Positions 48,170 through 57,735 of a stretch of DNA of 64,000 nucleotides are shown here, in pieces (the first letter of the stretch is position 1; the number at the start of each line of letters is the position of its first letter). Made by a program: the position numbers and the translations under genes. Under the pieces are notes generated by a model that worked only from the letters and a program-made list of their open reading frames with translations, had not been told where the DNA came from and did no database searches. Location of the stretch: NCBI GenBank assembly GCA_948684385.1, contig CAPQCU010000001.1, positions 244,545-308,544 on the forward strand, in the 5' to 3' direction. Origin of the DNA: an uncultured bacterium. GTDB lineage: Bacteria > Cyanobacteriota > Vampirovibrionia > Gastranaerophilales > Gastranaerophilaceae.

Positions 48170-49735
48170 TTAGATTGTTTCATATTCAAATACATCAACA
48201 TGATTTTTTCCATTACATATTATCTTTTTATTACTTAACAAACTTATATTACGATATTTTGGTGGAATAATTATTGTTCCGTCAAGTTTCATAAGTCCAG
48301 CGTCATCATTATCTTCCTTTAATTTAAAGTAATATAAATCACTATTGTGATAACACATTTTAAAATATTCATATTTCGCAGGAATTAAAATGTGGCCATC
48401 AAAATTTTTTAGTCCAAATTTTTTATTTTGCGAATAAATATATGTTCTGGTTTCAAAATTAATTGCACTATCCCAATATGACAATTTATCTTTAGTTTCA
48501 AAACTATCGAGGACTTGTCCATTTTTATCAATTTTGTTGCATATTGTTAGATCTTCCTTTTCTATCATCGCGAGATAGGGTTTTCCCCAATCATAAATAC
48601 TTGTATAATTTGATTTAAAGATTTCGTTTCCGTTCACATCTATGATTTTTTTAATTTTGTACCCTAATTTTTCATCAAATATTTCAACCTTTATATTTCC
48701 ATCATCTCGAAAATCTACATCCTCAAATTTAGGCTCAAATAATATTTTATTCGTTTTTAAATCATATACCCCTTGAGGAGAATCCTTATCATAGGTAGCC
48801 TCTTTATAGTATGTCATCATTCCATTACAATAATCGTAAGAATACTCTTCAAAAATAGGATCCGTTACAAAGTTTCCGTTTCTATCTATAATAGCCCATT
48901 TACCATCTTTCCAACCACCAACATGTACCTGATAGTATTCTTCACATACACTATAATCATTATTAATAAATTCTTTAATTTCATCATATATACAAGGAAT
49001 AATTTCTTTTCCGGTTTTATCAATAACACCCCATAGTTCATCTTCAGTCCAATATTTTCCTTGATTACATTCGTTATCCCATTTTTTATCTCTTGTCCAT
49101 TTCCCTTTTACAACAATTGCCCTATCGTTATAAAAATCAAAAGCATAAATGTATTGAGGCTTTATAACTTCCTCCCCTTTTTCATTTACATATCCCCAAT
49201 TCCCTGCATCTTCACCATAATCTGAATGATATGCTAAATCCATCCAACTTAATGTAGAAACACGTGCTAATCCATCTGAAAAACTCCCCAGACGTTTATA
49301 TTTATTATTATGCAAATATATTTCATTTCCTTTTTTATCCATATATAACCATTCTTTACCATTATGAACTGCAGCATAACCATTACAAAAATCATCAGCG
49401 TATTGGTATTTTAAAGGAACCGCAATTTTATGCTCTTTATTTAAAAAACCATATCCCTGATTATTTATTCTAACTCGCCACATATCATCTTCATAATCAC
49501 CCAAATAATCAAATTCTAAATTGGTTAACCTTTCTCCTTTATAAGAGACCAAAGTTGATTTGCCTCCACAATTGGAATATTCTCCATCTAACAAAACCTC
49601 ACACACTTGTGCATCTTCATTTTCATATATGGATTTAACATTCCAAGTCCATTTCTTAATCAGTTTTAAATTATTATCTTCATAAACGATTTCGTTACAT
49701 AATATAGGATTTTGTGAGTATTTTTCTTTATTCAT
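48170..49735 (-). CDS. WG/KWG-repeat protein
   Basis: 521 aa. Multiple repeats of the type G(Y/L)..V..(N/D)GKW(G/A)(Y/I)(I/M)D..G..(I/V), for example WGYVNEKGEEVI, WGVIDKTGKEII, KWAIIDRNGNFV. Confidence 0.65.
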   Translation of the reverse strand: MNKEKYSQNPILCNEIVYEDNNLKLIKKWTWNVKSIYENEDAQVCEVLLDGEYSNCGGKSTLVSYKGERLTNLEFDYLGDYEDDMWRVRINNQGYGFLNKEHKIAVPLKYQYADDFCNGYAAVHNGKEWLYMDKKGNEIYLHNNKYKRLGSFSDGLARVSTLSWMDLAYHSDYGEDAGNWGYVNEKGEEVIKPQYIYAFDFYNDRAIVVKGKWTRDKKWDNECNQGKYWTEDELWGVIDKTGKEIIPCIYDEIKEFINNDYSVCEEYYQVHVGGWKDGKWAIIDRNGNFVTDPIFEEYSYDYCNGMMTYYKEATYDKDSPQGVYDLKTNKILFEPKFEDVDFRDDGNIKVEIFDEKLGYKIKKIIDVNGNEIFKSNYTSIYDWGKPYLAMIEKEDLTICNKIDKNGQVLDSFETKDKLSYWDSAINFETRTYIYSQNKKFGLKNFDGHILIPAKYEYFKMCYHNSDLYYFKLKEDNDDAGLMKLDGTIIIPPKYRNISLLSNKKIICNGKNHVDVFEYETI

Positions 49736-49804
49736 TTTTAATTCCTTTTATTTTATTATAAGTCTTCTATGCGACAAATATGGTCGCATGTCAACTTTAA
49801 ATTA

Positions 49805-50260
49805 TCATGAAACTATGTTTTGTGTATTTTTTATTTTTTCTAAAAATTTTTTATAATCATCTAGTAAAAATTCGTAAGAAAGATTAAAATCCCAATCTCG
49901 AATTGTTCTAAAATGGTTCCAGATTACACTTGTTCCGGTATTTATAACTAATACTCTTGCTGAGGCACAGCCGACTTCACCACATGTACAACAAAGGACA
50001 GCGGCTTCCAACTTTCCATTAGATTGTTCTGCTTCTTTTAATTCTTCATAAAGTTCTGATGGGATCATATAAATATAATCTCCTGCAATAAAATCTTTTA
50101 AATCTGGCTCTTTTTCTGCAAAAACTTTTTCCGCATCAGCAATTATTTCTAAAAGTTCTTTCCCATTAATTAATATTTTACATCTGTTCCATTTATCTGG
50201 GAAAATGAAATCTCTATCATTTTCTTCAATTATCAATTCTAACTTATCATATTTTTTCAT
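49805..50260 (-). CDS. hypothetical protein (immunity-protein-like size and composition)
   Basis: 151-aa acidic ORF with a CCTCGEVGC motif. Confidence 0.45.
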   Translation of the reverse strand: MKKYDKLELIIEENDRDFIFPDKWNRCKILINGKELLEIIADAEKVFAEKEPDLKDFIAGDYIYMIPSELYEELKEAEQSNGKLEAAVLCCTCGEVGCASARVLVINTGTSVIWNHFRTIRDWDFNLSYEFLLDDYKKFLEKIKNTQNIVS

Positions 50261-50310
50261 TTTAACCTCTTTCCTTTACATAATAAAATTACCACATAGA
50301 AAATATAATG

Positions 50311-51168
50311 TTATTTAAACTCTTTTTCATGTAATTTAAAAAAGTTATAATAAATTTGGACATTTTTAAGTTCTGTCCAAGGTTTTATTTTTACAGGATT
50401 TTCATCAAAATCATATATTTTTGCATCTTTTAACGACAATAAAAATGGCGAGTGCGTTGCTATAATAAATTGGCAATTATAAAATCTGACACTATCTTGA
50501 AGAAAACTCAATAATTCTTGTTGTTTTTCCGGAGATAAACTATTTTCCGGCTCATCTAAAAGATACAACGCATTTTCTTTGATTTTATCCGTAAAATAAA
50601 TGAAAGCACTTTCACCATTTGAATGTTCTCGAACATTTTTCTGTGATTTTTGTTTTATATAACCAGATTTACTTATTTTCCTAATTGCAGATATTCTCTT
50701 ATATTCATCGTAATCACTCAATGATTTGAATTGAAATCCTGATTCTTTTAATTTATTGTATTCATCGGCAAGTTCTTCTCTTCGGCTGTCTATTCCTTGG
50801 TTTATATGTCTTAAATTCATTGTAAATTCAAACACATCATCACTGGTGATTATACCACTCTGAAAAGGAATTTTCGTATTTTTTGACGAACAATAGTTTA
50901 AATATTCATCAAAAAAACTACTTTTGTTATATAAAGTGTTTCTTTTTATTTGCAACTTTTCAGCAATAATATTTAATGCTGTTGTTTTCCCGCAGCCATT
51001 GCCACCATAAAATATAGTTATTGGCGCAAATTCAATTGTCTCAATTTTATGCTGAGATAAAATACAAAACGGATATTTTGTTTCATACAAATAAACGCCA
51101 ACATCCCAAGGACGAAAATCAAAGTCCCTGGTAAAACTTGCAAAATTAAATTTTTCTAAATATATCAT
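50311..51168 (-). CDS. stand-alone ABC-type (AAA_21-like) ATPase
   Basis: Walker A GGNGCGKT, signature-like SNGES, Walker B LYLLDEPENSLSP and H-loop ATHSP. Confidence 0.75.
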   Translation of the reverse strand: MIYLEKFNFASFTRDFDFRPWDVGVYLYETKYPFCILSQHKIETIEFAPITIFYGGNGCGKTTALNIIAEKLQIKRNTLYNKSSFFDEYLNYCSSKNTKIPFQSGIITSDDVFEFTMNLRHINQGIDSRREELADEYNKLKESGFQFKSLSDYDEYKRISAIRKISKSGYIKQKSQKNVREHSNGESAFIYFTDKIKENALYLLDEPENSLSPEKQQELLSFLQDSVRFYNCQFIIATHSPFLLSLKDAKIYDFDENPVKIKPWTELKNVQIYYNFFKLHEKEFK

Positions 51169-51279
51169 AATGACACCTTACTTTTTAGCATTATTACATG
51201 GTTATAATAATTTACCTTTACGACAGAAATGGACATGCTATAAAAATAATGTTAAAATAAATTTCAAAAGGAAAGATTT

Positions 51280-52242
51280 ATGTCCGATAAACCAAGATAT
51301 TCACGAGTTTCTGATATTTTAGATTTGGCAATATTTATGTCATCAAAAATTCAAGGGGTAACAATTACAGAAATAGCAGAAAGATACAATGTTTCCAGAA
51401 GAACTGCCGAACGTATGAGAGATAGTTTGACTTGTATTTTCCCGTCTGTTGATGAAATTGAAACTAATGACACGCAAAAACACTGGGGATTTATAAATTA
51501 TTCAATCAACCAACTAATTACATTTACCCCCAAAGAAATTGCTAATATTGAACAATGTGCAAGAAGAACAACAAACAAAGAAATGAAAGAGGAACTTTCA
51601 AAAACTGTTGAAAAACTTAAAACTTTTAATAAAAAACATGCTATGCCGATTGAGAAAAACATTGAACTATTTATGCAGACGGAAGGCTATGCGGTAAGGC
51701 AAATGCCCCAATATAAAATTAGTATGGAAACTCTTGAAATAATAAGAGATGCCGTTCAGCATTCAAAAATGGTGGAAGGGATTTATCACGATAAAAATCG
51801 TACAATTGAACCACTAGGTATGATTTATGGAGAAAAGATTTATCTTGTTGCAAGAGAAAAAGCTAAAGGAGACGGAATTTATAACTACTTGTTGCATAAA
51901 TTTCAAGATTTGAAGCTTACTGATAAAACCTTTGATAAAGGTGAGTTTAATTTGCAAGAATATACAAACCAATCTTTCGGAGTTTACCACGGTGATATTC
52001 TTGATGTTGAATTGTTGTTTTCTCCTGAGATTGCAGAGGAAGCAAGTCAATTCAACTTTCATCCAACACAAAGCGGAAAATATAATAATGACGGAACTTA
52101 TACAGTAACCTTTAAGGCAAGCGGAAGTTTGGAAATCCTATGGCACGTATTCAAATGGGGCAGTTGCTGTAAAATTATTGCACCAAAATCCTTAAAAGAT
52201 GAGTATAAAAAGTATTTGGAAGATAGTTTAAAGAATTATTAG
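51280..52242 (+). CDS. WYL-domain transcriptional regulator (HTH-WYL-WCX)
   Basis: N-terminal wHTH (VTITEIAERYNVSRRTAERMRDSL), WYL core (IEPLGMIYGEKIYLVAREK...YNYLLHKFQDLKL) and a C-terminal WCX-like region (ILWHVFKWGSCCKIIAPKSL). Confidence 0.8.
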   Translation: MSDKPRYSRVSDILDLAIFMSSKIQGVTITEIAERYNVSRRTAERMRDSLTCIFPSVDEIETNDTQKHWGFINYSINQLITFTPKEIANIEQCARRTTNKEMKEELSKTVEKLKTFNKKHAMPIEKNIELFMQTEGYAVRQMPQYKISMETLEIIRDAVQHSKMVEGIYHDKNRTIEPLGMIYGEKIYLVAREKAKGDGIYNYLLHKFQDLKLTDKTFDKGEFNLQEYTNQSFGVYHGDILDVELLFSPEIAEEASQFNFHPTQSGKYNNDGTYTVTFKASGSLEILWHVFKWGSCCKIIAPKSLKDEYKKYLEDSLKNY

Positions 52243-52287
52243 TTACCGGTTTTGTTGTGCTTTATACTAGTAGATGGGTAAATAGTG

Positions 52288-52323
52288 CTATAACATATTT
52301 ATTACAATATAAATATGTTATAG
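52288..52323. promoter_or_regulatory. 14-bp perfect inverted repeat (candidate WYL-regulator operator) just upstream of an extended -10 promoter
   Basis: CTATAACATATTTA-N8-TAAATATGTTATAG. TGATATAAT follows at 52345-52353, 18 nt before the ATG at 52371. Confidence 0.5.
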
Positions 52324-52370
52324 ATTAAAAATTTAAAATATTCATGATATAATTTTTCGCAGAGGGAAGT

Positions 52371-53543
52371 ATGTGTATTCCTACATCAGAAAATCCAAAT
52401 AGTTATTTTGGGTATGTAATACAAACTCCTAGAGCGTTACATTACCTTCTTGAAGGTGCAAAAATAGTATCAGTTGAAAGCAAAGATGATATATCTGCGA
52501 TAGGCTCTGATGATAAACTGATTGTTGTAGAACAAATTAAAGATAAAAATACAAATTTTTCAAATTGTTCTGAAGATTTCTGGTGTACATTTGCAAATTG
52601 GATCAATCGGTATAAAGAAAATAAAGATAAATTTACTAATAGGACACAATTTGTAATTTTTTCGAATAGAAAACAACAATTAAAAAAAGATTATTTTATT
52701 GACTTATGTAATAATGCTCAAAATGACGAAGAAAGTAAAAAATGTATTGCAACAATAAAAGATACTTTTTCTTCAACAAATTTAAAAATAAAACAATGTT
52801 TTAATGTATTTATTGATGAACAAAATAAGGATGTTGTTATAAATATAATTAGGAATTTCTCGTACCAAGTTCCAAATGGAGGCATTTTTGAAGATGTTAA
52901 AAATAAAATCCAAGAACTACATTCTGAAAACAGAAATACCGAAGAACTAAGAATGAAAATGCTTGGTTGGATAAATGAAAAAATTTATGATAAAGAAAAT
53001 GATAAGATAAGAAAATTTGATTTATCACAAGCTGATTTTAGAAATTATTTAGATAATAATAAAAATTTAAAACTAGCACTTATTGATGATGTATCAGAAT
53101 TTGATTTAGAAGAAGCTCATAAACAATATTTTTATCGTCAACTTGGTTTAATAGAAAGAGGAGAAGAGTTAAAACGACTTGATTGCAGAGATTATTATAG
53201 ATGGTTGGTAACTAGAGCAAAAGAAGAAGAAAAAGGGAAATTTACAAAAAAAGAATTTGATGAAATGTACCGAGCTGTTTATGAAAAATGGCTTGAGGAT
53301 CGTGAATATTTATTTTCTATAAATAGTATAGAAAATGATATTAATAAAGGAAAACGATTATATAATTGTAGCATAGAAAATAAATCTATAAAAATAGGTA
53401 ATACATCTTTTGATGATTCACCTCAAGAAGTTGCTAGAGGAATATGTAATTTTTTGGCTAATGATAATTCAGAAACACAAAATTACAGTATAGGTTGGCA
53501 TCCAGATTATAAAAGATTGTTAAATGAGGTGGATAATGACTAA
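52371..53543 (+). CDS. ABC-3C-type effector component: N-terminal REase (Mrr-like PD-(D/E)xK) fold plus a helical C-terminal domain
   Basis: 390 aa. VESKDDISAIGSDDKLIVVEQIKDK fits a D...(E/Q)xK nuclease core. First gene of a translationally coupled triad that ends in a DUF3732-type ATPase. Confidence 0.55.
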   Translation: MCIPTSENPNSYFGYVIQTPRALHYLLEGAKIVSVESKDDISAIGSDDKLIVVEQIKDKNTNFSNCSEDFWCTFANWINRYKENKDKFTNRTQFVIFSNRKQQLKKDYFIDLCNNAQNDEESKKCIATIKDTFSSTNLKIKQCFNVFIDEQNKDVVINIIRNFSYQVPNGGIFEDVKNKIQELHSENRNTEELRMKMLGWINEKIYDKENDKIRKFDLSQADFRNYLDNNKNLKLALIDDVSEFDLEEAHKQYFYRQLGLIERGEELKRLDCRDYYRWLVTRAKEEEKGKFTKKEFDEMYRAVYEKWLEDREYLFSINSIENDINKGKRLYNCSIENKSIKIGNTSFDDSPQEVARGICNFLANDNSETQNYSIGWHPDYKRLLNEVDND

Positions 53544-54030
53544 TATATATAGTAAGTATTGTACAAGTATGCAGAATCACGGCCTAGGCTCATTTTCAAT
53601 AGTCGCTTTTATAAGTGGATATCATTCTATTCATAATAAATATCCAAATTGGTTTGATATTTTTCTTGTACTACCAATGGTTATGAATGAACAGGTAAGA
53701 GAATTAATTAAAAAATCTGCCGGACGAGGTGGTGCTACAACAATAGAAACTTTAATATCAAGTAAGATATTAAATAAAAAGGAAAAATATGGAGCTTTTC
53801 ATAATCTCATTGATTCTTTTAAAGAATATACTCTAACTTGTATAATATTTGGATTGAGGACTAAATTAATATCACGCATAAATAATATTGAATTCAAAAG
53901 TAATATATTATTTGAAAAAGAAAAATATAATAACAATATATTTTTAGCATCTTACAAGTTAGGTGAATTGTATGCAAATGATAAAAACGCTTTTATGAAA
54001 CTAATTAATTCAACAGGAGTAAATTTATAA
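53536..54030 (+). CDS. ABC-3C-type middle component (small helical protein)
   Basis: About 164 aa. ATG overlaps the upstream stop (ATGACTAA) and its own stop overlaps the next start (TAATG). Confidence 0.5.
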   Translation: MTNIYSKYCTSMQNHGLGSFSIVAFISGYHSIHNKYPNWFDIFLVLPMVMNEQVRELIKKSAGRGGATTIETLISSKILNKKEKYGAFHNLIDSFKEYTLTCIIFGLRTKLISRINNIEFKSNILFEKEKYNNNIFLASYKLGELYANDKNAFMKLINSTGVNL

Positions 54031-56033
54031 TGAATGTACAACTGCAACAATTTGGAATATACTCAAAAGATTTAAAAGAACATAAATTTATTTCTTTTCA
54101 AAAAGGAAAATTAAATATCATACATGGTGCTTCTCAAACAGGAAAATCTGCAATTATTCCTATTATAGATTACTGCTTATGTTCCTCTCATAATAGAATC
54201 CCTAAAGGGATAATATCAAATAGCTGTGGAGCTTATGCTATAAATTTATCAATTGATGATAAAAATCTATTAATTAAAAGGTTTTCAGGAGAAAAGTGTA
54301 AAATTATTCATTATGCATTAGTATCAAAAAATCTTGAAGATATTGAAGAGAACGAATGGCTAACTACTGATACCGATAAGTTTAAAATTTATCTTAACAA
54401 TTTGTTTGGAGTCTCATTTTCCGAAATCATGGATTCTAAAGATAATAATAAAGGTAATCCTAGTTTTAGAGATCTTATTGCATTCAATTTCCAATCTCAA
54501 AGTATTGTGGCTAATCCCAATTGTTTATTATATAAAATGGATCTTGCCGAATATCGTTTTTACTTAAAAAGAATTTTTGACTATGCTATTGGAGCTATGA
54601 CCTCTGAACAATTATATGCAGGTTTGAAGAAACAAGAACTAATGGAAAAATTAAAAGAACTGCAAAGACAAAAAAATAGACATGAAGCATATATACAAAG
54701 AAAAATAGAAGCAGCAGAACCTTTGTTATACAAAGCAATTGAATATGGTTTAATCTCTCAAACAGAAATAAATATTTCAGATACTGTAAGTATTGAAATT
54801 TTATTAAAGCAAATATCTGAAAAAAATATAGGAGATATTCAATTTAGTGATGAAGCAAATGAAATAATAGCAACTAAAGTTCAAAATTTAATTAGTCAAT
54901 TGGATTCTTTGCATTTTGAAGTTCGTGCACTTAAACAAGAAAGAAATAATATAGAAGAATTATTAGGTATTGAAGAGCAAAACAAAGAACAACTAACTGA
55001 AAAATGTTCCCGTTTAGAAATAGCCGAATTTATAAGAGATTTTTGTAAAGCTAACTCTTCTGATACTATGGTGATAAATGATGTTGAAAATTTATATAAT
55101 AATCTAAAAATTGTACAAGACAAATTAATTGATACAAACATCTTTGGAAAAGGCGTATATGAAGCAAAACTAAATCGGATAAGAAAGCAAATAAATGAAA
55201 AGACTGAAAAAATAAATATTTTATCAAAAAATAAAGATCTTTTGGAAGAAAAAGTTGGAACTCAATCCCTTATTCAAGATTTATATGTAAAAATTATAGG
55301 TGGTGCACAAAAAATAATTAATGAAATATCAGAAAAAAATGATATAGAACAACAAATTGAAGAATTAAATAGTGAAATTGCCAAATATGATTTTGATATA
55401 GATGAACTAAGACAAAAACAATTAATATCTATTGTTAATAAATCTAATAGTTATGTGCCAAATTTTGCCGAGTTTGAAGAAATAGCCTCTTTTTCTAAAG
55501 AAGATTTAACAGTAAAAGTAAAAAATAAAAACACATCAGAATCATATTTTTTATGGGAAACTGGTAGTGGTTCTAACTGGGTTGCTTACCATATTGCAAC
55601 AATGTTAGGTCTTCATAAACACTTTATATATAAGAAAACTCCAGTTTTTAATTTTATTATCTTTGACCAACCAAGCCAAGTATATTTCCCTAAAGTTAAT
55701 TATCAACATACAAAAGATTTTGATTTTGATAACGAGAAAAAATCTAGCAATATTGATAAAGGATTTTCAGATCTTGAATGCGTTCAAGAAATGTTCAAAA
55801 TTATGAGTAAAGCAATAAACGATAATAAACCGAAAAATCTTGTTGTTAAAGTTGATGCGGATGGAACTGAACATAAAATAGAAGAAATATTTGATAGCAA
55901 CTTGCAAATAATAGTATTGGATCATGCAGGACCTGATGTATGGAAAAATTCAGAAGATATAAATAACATTAATCCTTTAGAAGAATGGACATTAGAGAAT
56001 AGATTAGTCCCTAATAATTGGATTTCTAAGTAA
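54030..56033 (+). CDS. DUF3732-like coiled-coil ABC ATPase (ABC-3C ATPase component)
   Basis: 667 aa. Walker A GASQTGKS at aa 33-40, a roughly 300-aa E/K/L/I-rich coiled-coil insert, then SGSNWVAYHIA, Walker B/Q region IIFDQPSQVYFP, and VLDHAG. Confidence 0.7.
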   Translation: MNVQLQQFGIYSKDLKEHKFISFQKGKLNIIHGASQTGKSAIIPIIDYCLCSSHNRIPKGIISNSCGAYAINLSIDDKNLLIKRFSGEKCKIIHYALVSKNLEDIEENEWLTTDTDKFKIYLNNLFGVSFSEIMDSKDNNKGNPSFRDLIAFNFQSQSIVANPNCLLYKMDLAEYRFYLKRIFDYAIGAMTSEQLYAGLKKQELMEKLKELQRQKNRHEAYIQRKIEAAEPLLYKAIEYGLISQTEINISDTVSIEILLKQISEKNIGDIQFSDEANEIIATKVQNLISQLDSLHFEVRALKQERNNIEELLGIEEQNKEQLTEKCSRLEIAEFIRDFCKANSSDTMVINDVENLYNNLKIVQDKLIDTNIFGKGVYEAKLNRIRKQINEKTEKINILSKNKDLLEEKVGTQSLIQDLYVKIIGGAQKIINEISEKNDIEQQIEELNSEIAKYDFDIDELRQKQLISIVNKSNSYVPNFAEFEEIASFSKEDLTVKVKNKNTSESYFLWETGSGSNWVAYHIATMLGLHKHFIYKKTPVFNFIIFDQPSQVYFPKVNYQHTKDFDFDNEKKSSNIDKGFSDLECVQEMFKIMSKAINDNKPKNLVVKVDADGTEHKIEEIFDSNLQIIVLDHAGPDVWKNSEDINNINPLEEWTLENRLVPNNWISK

Positions 56034-56101
56034 AATTTGTATTAAAAAAGAATTTCTTTACATTTGATAAATATGTCTTCTTTTTGTACTATAATTAACC
56101 C

Positions 56102-56905
56102 ATGCAAAAGTTTTATGAAAAAGACGATATAACTTTATTTCAGGGTGATTGTATTGAAATTTTAAATCGAGCAACTCCTGACTCTATTGATATGATTTTT
56201 GCGGATCCACCGTATATGCTTTCTAACGGTGGAATAACCTGTCAATCCGGCAAGGTTGTTTCCGTTAACAAAGGAAAGTGGGATGAAAGCAAAGGCTTGG
56301 ACGAAGATTTTGAATTTCATCAAAAATGGATTAACGCTTGTAAAAGAGTTTTAAAACCCAACGGTACAATTTGGATATCAGGTACATATCATTCAATCTA
56401 TGCATGCGGTTTTGCTTTACAAAAAGCAGGTTTTAAAATTCTGAATGATATCTGCTGGTTTAAGCCTAACGCTTCTCCAAATATGAGTTGCAGATATTTT
56501 ACGGCAAGTCACGAAACTTTATTATGGGCAAGAAAAGACCCGAAAGGTAAACATACTTTCAATTACGAAGCAATGAAAAATGGTGATTGGGGCGATGATA
56601 TTCTGAAAAAGCCAAACAAGCAGATGCGTTCAGTATGGCAAATAGATACTCCAAAACCATCGGAAAAAGAATTTGGCAAACATCCGACTCAAAAACCTTT
56701 AGAATTGTTAAGGCGCATAATCCTTGCATCGACTAACAAAGGCGATTTAATTCTCGATCCATTCACAGGAAGCTCAACTACTGGTATAATGGCATTAGAG
56801 TTCGGCAGAAAATTTATTGGAATAGACTTGGAAAAAGAATACTTAGACCTTTCGGTTAAAAGGTTTGAACAGGTATTTTCAAAGAAAGATAAAGCATGGC
56901 AGTAG
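56102..56905 (+). CDS. DpnA-like beta-class N6-adenine DNA methyltransferase
   Basis: DMIFADPPYMLSNGG, GTIWISG, SCRYFTASHETLLWARK, GKHPTQKP and ILDPFTGSSTTG. Close to my memory of S. pneumoniae DpnA. Confidence 0.85.
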   Translation: MQKFYEKDDITLFQGDCIEILNRATPDSIDMIFADPPYMLSNGGITCQSGKVVSVNKGKWDESKGLDEDFEFHQKWINACKRVLKPNGTIWISGTYHSIYACGFALQKAGFKILNDICWFKPNASPNMSCRYFTASHETLLWARKDPKGKHTFNYEAMKNGDWGDDILKKPNKQMRSVWQIDTPKPSEKEFGKHPTQKPLELLRRIILASTNKGDLILDPFTGSSTTGIMALEFGRKFIGIDLEKEYLDLSVKRFEQVFSKKDKAWQ

Positions 56906-57735
56906 TTTTAGAACAATTAAAAAGCGAAACATATCCAATTGTGAAATGGGTTGGCGGAAAACGTCAGCTTATGTTTGAGTTGCTAAAAAACATGCCAAAA
57001 TCATACAATCGCTATTTTGAGCCTTTTATTGGCGGAGGTGCTCTATTCTTTGAATTGCAACCTGAAAATGCTTATATTTCCGATATGAATGAAGAATTGA
57101 TTAACCTTTATACAGTTGTCAGAGATAATGTTTATGAACTTATTGATGATTTAAGCAAACACGAAGTTTCAAAAGAATATTTTTTAGAGATTCGTAATAT
57201 TGATAGAACTGAAAAATATGCTGAATTATCAAATGTAGAAAGAGCAAGTCGTTTTATTTACTTGAATAGAACCTGTTTTAACGGAATGTATAGAGTAAAT
57301 TCGCAGGGGCAGTTTAATGTTCCGTTTGGACATTACAAAAATCCCCGTATCATTGATGAAAACAATCTTTTGAATTGCTCAGAACTATTAAAAAAAACAG
57401 AAATTAAATGTGCAGATTTTTCAGAAATTTTAACAAAGGTTAAAAAAGGTGATTTTGTTTATTTTGACCCACCTTATGTTCCATTGAATGAAACGTCTAG
57501 TTTTACTTCGTACACAAAAGACGGCTTTGATATCGATATGCAAATTAAACTGCGTGATGTTTGTGATGAATTGGATTCAATGGGTGTCAAGTTCATGCTT
57601 TCAAATTCAGACACTAAATTAGTAAAAGAATTATATGCAAATTATGAAATAAAAAAAGTTTTTGCTTCTCGTGCTATCAATGCAAATGCGGATGGGAGAG
57701 GCAAAATTACAGAAGTTTTAGTGAGGAATTATTAA
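56896..57735 (+). CDS. DpnM/Dam-like N6-adenine (GATC-type) DNA methyltransferase
   Basis: VKWVGGKRQL, YFEPFIGGGALFFEL, FNGMYRVNSQGQFNVPFG and FVYFDPPY. Confidence 0.85.
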   Translation: MAVVLEQLKSETYPIVKWVGGKRQLMFELLKNMPKSYNRYFEPFIGGGALFFELQPENAYISDMNEELINLYTVVRDNVYELIDDLSKHEVSKEYFLEIRNIDRTEKYAELSNVERASRFIYLNRTCFNGMYRVNSQGQFNVPFGHYKNPRIIDENNLLNCSELLKKTEIKCADFSEILTKVKKGDFVYFDPPYVPLNETSSFTSYTKDGFDIDMQIKLRDVCDELDSMGVKFMLSNSDTKLVKELYANYEIKKVFASRAINANADGRGKITEVLVRNY

